Source: Verrucomicrobiia bacterium
GTDB lineage: Bacteria > Verrucomicrobiota > Verrucomicrobiia > Limisphaerales > UBA1319
Direction: 5' to 3'
Assembly (NCBI GenBank): GCA_963664225.1
Contig: OY760937.1
Location: 4,576,001 to 4,640,000 of the forward strand
Length of the DNA stretch: 64,000 bases
A program made the position numbers and the translations under genes. Positions 57,618 through 64,000 of the stretch are shown here, one piece after another; positions within the stretch are counted from its first letter, which is position 1; every line of letters begins with the position of its first letter. The notes beneath the pieces were generated by a model. The model was not told the DNA's origin and ran no database searches. It saw only the letters and a list, made by a program, of their open reading frames with translations.

Positions 57618-59561
57618 TCAGCCTCCAAAAGTCAAATAGGTGTAATCCTTTAAACCGCGTTCGTAATCGTCGAGCAGACGCATGGCCTCAGAAGGTTTCA
57701 AGCGATCGGACTTGATGGCTTCATCCACCTGGGCCTTCATCAGGCGTTTAAGCTCGTTTTCGTCATATTGCACCGCGGCCAGAGCCTGGCCGATGGTGTT
57801 GCCTTCAATGACTTCCTCGACATAATAGCCCGCCGGTTCATCCGGATCCAAAAAGACATGCACTTCGTTGACCCGGCCGAAAAGATTGTGGAGATCGCCC
57901 ATGATGTCCTGATAAGCGCCCACAAGGAAAATGCCAAGGCAATAGGGTTCAGGCCCGTGACCGTTGCCGATGAGCGGATGCAGAGGCAGGGTGTCCTTCA
58001 CATCGCGCAAATCGATGAATTTGCTGATCTGGCCATCGGAATCGCACGTGATATCCACCAGAGTCGTATCATGAGTCGGCTTTTCGTTGAGCCGATGAAT
58101 GGGCATGATGGGGAATAACTGGCCCAGGGCCCAATGATCGAGCAGGGATTGGAACACGGAGAAATTGCACAGATACTGATCGCACAGGCTGTCTTCGATC
58201 TTGCGAATCTCTTCCGGTATGTAGGCCTGTCCCTTGAAACTGGCAACGACTCCCTGGCAAATCTCCCAATACAGATTCTCGATTTTTGCCTTATCCACCA
58301 GATTCAGCAATCCAAGCATGAACATGTTTTGCGCGTCTTCGCGGCGCTCGGTGGCGTCATGGCAGGCCTCGAGCTTGTTCAGCTTCGCGAGATTATCCCG
58401 AATCTCCAGCAACTCCTTCACCAGCGCATGCTCTTCCGCTCCATATTTCAATGACGTTTCGGGACGCGTTTTGGCGATGGAACCAAACACATCCATGATC
58501 AACACGCTGTGGTGGGCCACAATGGCGCGACCGCTTTCGCTAACGATGGTGGGATGTGGAACCTTTTCGGCGTTACAGACATCGGCAATGTAATAAACGA
58601 TGTCGTTCGTATATTCCTGGAGGGTATAATTGATCGAACTGTCAAAGGCCGAACGACTCCCGTCGTAATCGACCCCCAGGCCGCCTCCCACATCCAGATA
58701 TTCGATGGCAAACCCCATCTGGTAGAGTTTGGAGTAAAAACGGGTGGCTTCCTGAACCGCCTTTTTGACGGTGAGAATGTCCGGTACCTGCGAACCGATG
58801 TGGAAATGCAGCAGCTTGAAATTGGCGGTCAGGTTCTCCGCTTTGAGCAATTCGGTGGCCTCGATGATTTCGGCGGTCGTCAGTCCGAATTTGGCGTTTT
58901 CGCCGCCGCTTTCGGCCCATTTTCCGCTGGCCTTGGTCCACAACCGGGCGCGAATGCCGATCAGCGGTTCCACTCCCATTTGACGTGAGACGGCGATGAT
59001 CTGGCGCAATTCCTCAAGTTTTTCAATGACCAGGATCGTTTTCTTGCCCAACTTGATCCCCAAGAGCGCCATTTTAATGAAGTCCGGGTCCTTGTAGCCG
59101 TTGCAAATGATCAGGGATCCAGCATCCGGTTGCATGGCAAGGCTGGCGAACATCTCGGGCTTGCTGCCAACCTCCAGGCCCATTTCGAAGGGCTTTCCGG
59201 CTTCGAGAATTTCCTCCACCACCTCGCGCAATTGGTTCACTTTTACTGGGAACACCCCGCGGTAGCGGCCTTTATAGTTGAACTGCTCGATGGAGTTGCG
59301 GAACGCCAGGTTGATGGTCTGGACGCGATGGCGCAAAATATCCTGGAAGCGAATGAGCAAAGGGAACTTCAATCCGCGGCCCCTGGCCTCCTCGACGACG
59401 TCATTTAGATCCACGGACGCGCCGGCCTCCTGCAATGGGAGAGCCACAACATGGCCCTCCTCGTTGATATCAAAATAATTGGCGCCCCAGCGATCTATGT
59501 TATAGAGGCTGCGCGCGGCCTGTGTGTTCCAAGGTGTGACCTCAGTGGCTGAAATACTCAT
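57618..59561 (-). CDS. speA: Biosynthetic arginine decarboxylase
   Basis: GVFPVKVNQ, GLEVGSKPE, CNGYKD, HFHIGSQ, DVGGGLGVDYDG, SESGRA, DITCDSDG, GAYQDIMGDLHNLFG. Confidence 0.96.
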   Translation of the reverse strand: MSISATEVTPWNTQAARSLYNIDRWGANYFDINEEGHVVALPLQEAGASVDLNDVVEEARGRGLKFPLLIRFQDILRHRVQTINLAFRNSIEQFNYKGRYRGVFPVKVNQLREVVEEILEAGKPFEMGLEVGSKPEMFASLAMQPDAGSLIICNGYKDPDFIKMALLGIKLGKKTILVIEKLEELRQIIAVSRQMGVEPLIGIRARLWTKASGKWAESGGENAKFGLTTAEIIEATELLKAENLTANFKLLHFHIGSQVPDILTVKKAVQEATRFYSKLYQMGFAIEYLDVGGGLGVDYDGSRSAFDSSINYTLQEYTNDIVYYIADVCNAEKVPHPTIVSESGRAIVAHHSVLIMDVFGSIAKTRPETSLKYGAEEHALVKELLEIRDNLAKLNKLEACHDATERREDAQNMFMLGLLNLVDKAKIENLYWEICQGVVASFKGQAYIPEEIRKIEDSLCDQYLCNFSVFQSLLDHWALGQLFPIMPIHRLNEKPTHDTTLVDITCDSDGQISKFIDLRDVKDTLPLHPLIGNGHGPEPYCLGIFLVGAYQDIMGDLHNLFGRVNEVHVFLDPDEPAGYYVEEVIEGNTIGQALAAVQYDENELKRLMKAQVDEAIKSDRLKPSEAMRLLDDYERGLKDYTYLTFGG

Positions 59562-59809
59562 TTCCGAAATATTCAAATTGTGCGCACTATAAGAAGCCCA
59601 CCCCAGAATTCAATAGGTAGTATCAAAATTCTTTTTGGGCGATTTTGTCAAAAACCAGTGCGGAGAGGTCGATTGGCACATAAAGTGGCCGCCCGGGATA
59701 AAAAGTTGCTGGGATTTACGCCTGTTTTTGCATAGCGTTCCGAGCCGCATCGGGGCGTGGACGTGCATCGTGCCACGGATTGGCCGCCGACTCAAAAACT
59801 AAAGGTCTG

Positions 59810-60700
59810 ATGTTTGCTTTGATTCAACTTGTTAAGAAATGGGGGGAATTTGTGAAATTCTCCCATACGGTGTTTGCACTGCCTTTTGCCATTGCCGCAA
59901 TGGTGGTGGCGTCGCGCGATAACCGTGGCTGGCCCGGTTGGCGCACTTGCGCCTTGATTCTCATGGCGATGGTCTGCGCGCGCACCTGCGCCATGGCCTT
60001 CAACCGGATCGTCGATCGCAAATTCGACGCCGCCAATCCCCGGACCGCCATGCGGCATCTGCCTTCCGGCCAGGTATCGCTCTTGAGCGCCTGCATATTG
60101 TGGCTTCTCAGCGGCGCCGGTCTGGTGCTGGCGGCTTACCTGCTCAATACGGTTTGTTTTTACCTTTCGCCGGTGGCTCTGGCGGTCGTCTGCTTTTACT
60201 CGCTCACCAAGCGGTTCACCGATTACACGCACGTGTATTTGGGCATATCACTGGCACTGGCGCCTTTGGGGGCCTGGCTCGCGGTGCGTGGCACGCTCAG
60301 CCTGAGCGTCGTGGTCCTGGCGGTCGCGGTGGTTTTCTGGTTGATCGGCTTCGACATCATTTACGCCATTCAGGATTACGAATTCGACCAGAAATACAAG
60401 CTCCACAGCCTGGTGGTGGCCTGGGGGGTGGATAATGCGCTCAAAGCCGCGTTCCTGGCGCACATGCTCATGTGGGGATTGCTGCTGGCGTTCGGTTTGC
60501 TTTCACACTTTCGCGTGGCATACTTGTTTGGCCTGTTGATCATCCTGGCGAGCCTCGTGTTCGAGCACTGGCTGGCGCGGCGTCGCAGTTTGAAATGGAT
60601 CAACGTGGCCTTTTTCCGGCTGAACGCGGTCATCAGTGTGGTGTATATGGTGGTCACCATCAGCGAAGTCGTGTTCCCCGGATTCCGTATCACACAATGA
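59810..60700 (+). CDS. UbiA-family prenyltransferase, probably the MqnP type of the futalosine pathway
   Basis: VKFSHTVFALPFA, ARTCAMAFNRIVDRKFDAANPRT, YSLTKRFT, GFDIIYAIQD; ATGA overlap with mqnE. Confidence 0.88.
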   Translation: MFALIQLVKKWGEFVKFSHTVFALPFAIAAMVVASRDNRGWPGWRTCALILMAMVCARTCAMAFNRIVDRKFDAANPRTAMRHLPSGQVSLLSACILWLLSGAGLVLAAYLLNTVCFYLSPVALAVVCFYSLTKRFTDYTHVYLGISLALAPLGAWLAVRGTLSLSVVVLAVAVVFWLIGFDIIYAIQDYEFDQKYKLHSLVVAWGVDNALKAAFLAHMLMWGLLLAFGLLSHFRVAYLFGLLIILASLVFEHWLARRRSLKWINVAFFRLNAVISVVYMVVTISEVVFPGFRITQ

Positions 60701-61821
60701 ACCATTTATTGTCACATTCGGATCTGGGTGATCTGCATGAGAAAGTCGTTGCGGGGGAGCGCATTAACGATGCAGACGCGTTGCGTTTGCTCGAGTGCAA
60801 GGACATCAACGCCGTGGGCGCGCTCGCGGACCTCGTCAACCGCCGCAAAAACAATGGCCGCGCCTCCTATATCGTTAATCGCTACATCAATTACTCCAAT
60901 TACTGCATCCTGAGCTGCCAGTTTTGCGCCTTCGCCAGGAAAAAGCGGGATGCGGATGGTTTCCAGTATTCCGTGCCGGAAATGGTGGAGATGGCGCGCC
61001 AGGCCCTCGAAATCGGCATCACAGAACTCCATATTGTGGGCGGTTTGCACCCGTCGCTGCCCTTTTCCTACTACACGGGTATGTTGCGTGCCTTGAAGGA
61101 CTTGGATGCGCGGCTTCAGCTCAAGTGTTTTACCGCCATTGAAATCCTGCACCTGGCCTGGTTATCGCGGCAAACCACTCAGGAGACGTTGGTTGCGCTG
61201 CGCGAAAGTGGCCTGGATTCTCTGACTGGCGGTGGGGCGGAAATCTTCCGGCCGGAAGTGCGCCGGGCCATCGCCAAGGGCAAGGAATCCGCTGCGGAAT
61301 ACCTTGATGTTCATCGCATTTGGCATCGACTGGGGGGGCGCAGCACCTGCACCATGCTCTACGGACATGTCGAGTCGCTGACGGATCGCGTGGACCATCT
61401 GCGGCAACTGCGTGCGCTGCAGGATGAAACGCATGGATTTGTCGGGTTCGTTCCTCTGGCATACCATCCGGAAAACAACCAGATTCCGGTGCGGCACGCG
61501 CCCACAGGGGCCGATTCTCTGCGCACTATTGCATTGAGCCGCATATACTTGGACAACTTCGATCACATCACCGCCTATTGGGTGGGGCTTGGGGTCAAAT
61601 TGGCGCAACTGGCTCTGAGCTATGGCGCGGACGATTTGCATGGGACCATCGTCGAGGAGAAGATTTTTCACATGGCCGGTGCGGTCACCCCGCAGACCCA
61701 ATCCGCTCAGGGAATGATTCATGCCATCCAGGAAGCGGGGTTCAAACCGGTGCAGCGCAACACGTTTTATGAGCCGGTCGGTGGTGAGACTCCGCGTTTG
61801 CAGGTCGTGGGCGTCCATTAA
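60697..61821 (+). CDS. mqnE: Aminofutalosine synthase (radical SAM, CofH/MqnE family)
   Basis: CILSCQFC; ELHIVGGLHP, KCFTAIEI, GGGAEIF, YGADDLHGTIVEEKIFHMAG favour MqnE over MqnC. Confidence 0.85.
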   Translation: MNHLLSHSDLGDLHEKVVAGERINDADALRLLECKDINAVGALADLVNRRKNNGRASYIVNRYINYSNYCILSCQFCAFARKKRDADGFQYSVPEMVEMARQALEIGITELHIVGGLHPSLPFSYYTGMLRALKDLDARLQLKCFTAIEILHLAWLSRQTTQETLVALRESGLDSLTGGGAEIFRPEVRRAIAKGKESAAEYLDVHRIWHRLGGRSTCTMLYGHVESLTDRVDHLRQLRALQDETHGFVGFVPLAYHPENNQIPVRHAPTGADSLRTIALSRIYLDNFDHITAYWVGLGVKLAQLALSYGADDLHGTIVEEKIFHMAGAVTPQTQSAQGMIHAIQEAGFKPVQRNTFYEPVGGETPRLQVVGVH

Positions 61822-61922
61822 TGGATTGGCTCTGGCGCTCCGGACAAGATTCTTCCGCAATGGGGAGACGCCGCCCAGGACATGGCCTTTTCAAGTGATC
61901 GACCGCGAGGAGGGGATTTTTG

Positions 61923-61971
61923 CGTTCAACCGGTTGACCACCGGTTGACTGCGGTTGACTGCGGTTGAACG
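61923..61971. repeat. Four direct copies of CGGTTGA at 10-11-bp period, bounded by a 10-bp inverted repeat
   Basis: cgttcaac cggttgacca ccggttgact gcggttgact gcggttgaac g; cgttcaaccg and cggttgaacg are reverse complements. Confidence 0.75.
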
Positions 61972-62027
61972 GGAAATTGGGTGACAGATCGATTAGGACG
62001 TCAGGTTTCAAACGCGACAAGACAGCC

Positions 62028-62450
62028 ATGAACCCCAGAGTCATCGTCAGGATCGCCGCGACCCTCACCGCATTGTTGGCGGTGGCGGCGCTCGTGGTTC
62101 TGATGGTGGCTGCGGCGCGATTTGTCAGCCAGGAGCCAAACTCGTCCCAGTTCCACAGAAGGCTGGGAGTTTTGGGGCTGTTCGCCATTGTCCCGGTCCT
62201 GTTCATTTGGGCCACGATTCAGGCGTGGCGCGGGACTCCCAAGGGGATTGTTTCGCTGAGTTCGGGGTGGATTCTGTTCGGGCTGGGCGGCAGCATTGGC
62301 TAACTGTTCTGGTTTTTCATGGAGTGGAAAATCCAGGATGCCCTCATGGCAATTATTTGGATTGGCGTATTCCTGTTCGGTGTTTTGATTGCCAGACAGG
62401 AAAACAAAATTGTGCGCCCGACCTCCCGCAGTAAACCAAGCCAGCCATGA
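62028..62450 (+). pseudogene. Small 4-TM membrane protein interrupted by an in-frame TAA (62301-62303)
   Basis: After ...FGLGGSIG* the same frame continues LFWFFMEWKIQDALMAIIWIGVFLFGVLIARQENK... to TGA 62450; the stop lies inside a hydrophobic helix. Confidence 0.6.
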
Positions 62451-62670
62451 TTCCAAAACTCCTCGATGGACTGTCTGTGGCGTGAGCAAAATCCGACTGT
62501 TGAATTCCGGGAGTATTCCAGAACCGACTCCGTCTAATCAGGAGATGAAAACTGAAGTCGTCCTTGTCCGAGCATTCCAGGGATTTTGCAATGATTTTAC
62601 ACCTTTCTGACATTTGTCCCCCTCAAGAACGCAATCAATGTGGACATGAAAAGTCCGCGACGTCGGAACC

Positions 62671-62778
62671 ATGAAACCCAAACTGATCCTCTGCCTCGCG
62701 CTCGTTTTGAGCGACGGGCTGTTCGATTCCAACGCGCAGAGAAAAGACGGGCAAGACGGTCGTCCAGAACCTCTTTGA
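62671..62778 (+). other. 35-codon leader remnant MKPKLILCLALVLSDGLFDSNAQRKDGQDGRPEPL*
   Basis: Translated by hand; 5' end is similar to the start of the ORF at 63103. Confidence 0.55.
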
Positions 62779-62793
62779 TGAGCTGCCCGCGTC

Positions 62794-63090
62794 GTGAAAG
62801 CGATCAACATTTCAAAGATGCAAAAAGCGAGAACACCTTCTTCCAAAAGATACTTCTGGCAACTTGTCATTTGCCTGGCGTTGGGTCTCGTAATGTATTG
62901 GCCGCTTTATCTGGGAGAACTCGCCGCAGCAATTTACATTTATGGCTTCACCGTTGGCGTTTATTTGTTGATTCAGCTATCAACGCGGTTTCGCAATCCG
63001 CTACACGGCGTATTAATCATCTGTGTTTTAGCCCCGATTGCGTTCTACCTGGGCTGCTGCGCGGTGGCTATGGGCGGAATGGGACGTTAG
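62794..63090 (+). CDS. Small hypothetical membrane protein (3 TM)
   Basis: Three hydrophobic segments; GTG 62794 or ATG 62818. Confidence 0.6.
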   Translation: MKAINISKMQKARTPSSKRYFWQLVICLALGLVMYWPLYLGELAAAIYIYGFTVGVYLLIQLSTRFRNPLHGVLIICVLAPIAFYLGCCAVAMGGMGR

Positions 63091-63102
63091 CACAAGCGAA
63101 TC

Positions 63103-64000
63103 ATGAAACCCAAACTCAACCGCTGCCTCGCGCTTGCCTTTGTTGGTGGCGCTGCCTGCATTTACGCCGCCAGCACTCCGCTGGATCGGGTCGCAGCGGA
63201 GCAACGCGAATTGTCCGTGTTACTGGCCAAAGCCAGTCCGAGCAGTTTCGGCACTAACTCGCCGGACTTGTCCCGCCGTGACGATAATTTTTCCCCCTAT
63301 CTCACCAGGGCAGAGAACGAGCGGTTTGTCCAATTGCTGCGCGATGCCGAAATATCGGCGGCGGTAACGCGTGAACAAGCACTGGCTGCGGTTAAGCAGC
63401 GGCAACTTGACGAGAACTTGCCGGGTTTCCAGTACAACGCTTTGATGGACCTCGTCAATCGAAGATGGCCGCATGATGAAGCAGTGATTGGCTTTTATCG
63501 CGACGCGTTGGCAAGGCGCGGCGAAGTGGCAATCTCTGATTTGTTTTCTCCCACTCCGGGCATTTGGGATGATTCGTTGCTTGAGCCGGTCATCGCAGTG
63601 ATTGAGAAGGCTGGCAAACCGAACCAAGTTCATTGGAACGTTGTGGACCACGCGCTCGCCGTGCTCGACCGTCATCACTCCGTTTGGGAAACGAATACCG
63701 CGATTCCTCCGCGGCTGAGCAAAGCTGTGTTGGCGATGTTTCCCTCCTTGACGAATACTGCGGTTTCCGGCCCGCGACCAGGCGAGCAAATGTGGTGCTA
63801 CGCCCTGCAAATGCTCGCAAAGACCCACGACTCTGAAATGATCCCGGTGCTGCGGCCGTTTTTGACGAACAAAGGGATGGCGGGCGATGGCTGTTATTGG
63901 ATCGTCGAGGCCAATCCGCCATTACGGGCTTGCGATAGAGCGGCCATCACAATCAGACAGCTCCTCGGGGAACGGAACTCCGTTGAGCCAATCGGAATGC
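63103..64000 (+). CDS. Exported hypothetical protein, helical/HEAT-like, 3' partial (absent from the ORF track)
   Basis: Translated by hand, open to the window end: MKPKLNRCLALAFVGGAACIYAASTPLDRVAAEQ...MIPVLRPFLTNK...LRACDRAAITIRQLLG. Confidence 0.75.
   Translation, partial: MKPKLNRCLALAFVGGAACIYAASTPLDRVAAEQRELSVLLAKASPSSFGTNSPDLSRRDDNFSPYLTRAENERFVQLLRDAEISAAVTREQALAAVKQRQLDENLPGFQYNALMDLVNRRWPHDEAVIGFYRDALARRGEVAISDLFSPTPGIWDDSLLEPVIAVIEKAGKPNQVHWNVVDHALAVLDRHHSVWETNTAIPPRLSKAVLAMFPSLTNTAVSGPRPGEQMWCYALQMLAKTHDSEMIPVLRPFLTNKGMAGDGCYWIVEANPPLRACDRAAITIRQLLGERNSVEPIGM

Noticed and set aside
60472..60696. N-terminal extension of mqnE in the ORF track
   Set aside because: Overlaps the prenyltransferase; ATGA coupling at 60697 gives a normal-length protein
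61923..61971. Short repeats as a CRISPR array
   Set aside because: Unit is only 10-11 bp with no spacers, and no cas genes are present
62290..63100. Possible integron attC sites (GGCTAAC near 62298, GTTAGCA near 63086)
   Set aside because: They do not fit the RYYYAAC/GTTRRRY consensus, are too far apart, and enclose no palindrome; no integrase in the window
62640..63257. 205-aa ORF-track entry with repeated NHETQT
   Set aside because: Off-frame reading of the duplicated ATGAAACCCAAACT leader; Arg-rich and not protein-like, and it overlaps better ORFs

Overview
Gene-dense, GC-rich bacterial chromosome segment with about 50 CDS. The lineage is most likely Verrucomicrobiota (Pedosphaera/Limisphaera-like), inferred from gene content and protein style, not proven. 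Contents: carbohydrate-active enzymes (GH78, GH29, GH26, a clan GH-A hydrolase, a GH106-like enzyme, two DUF1080 proteins); housekeeping genes (two-domain ndk, acyl-CoA ligase, RluA-family synthase, folE2, DksA-like factor, rpmG, rpsR, cimA, valS, trpS, speA, futalosine-pathway prenyltransferase and mqnE); transport loci (GntR/YtrA-ABC operon with an S8 protease, GldA/F/G-like ABC plus DUF4340, crcB-DUF190, MFS, two outer-membrane factors); and signalling genes. I found no tRNA, rRNA, CRISPR array, integrase or transposase. Best candidates for novelty: (1) a two-gene TIR-NTPase plus NTPase-TM-extracytoplasmic-domain pair (4438-8068) that looks like a split transmembrane TIR signalling or defence system; (2) a variable array at the right end in which unrelated small ORFs and remnants share an ATGAAACCCAAACT (MKPKL...) leader; (3) apparent enrichment of Thr-Asn dipeptides in exported proteins; (4) a cluster of four zinc-independent protein variants; (5) an AT-rich membrane-anchored PD-(D/E)xK nuclease; (6) a circularly permuted beta-sandwich inserted in the GH106-like enzyme. 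All family calls come from motif recognition by eye; no searches were run.
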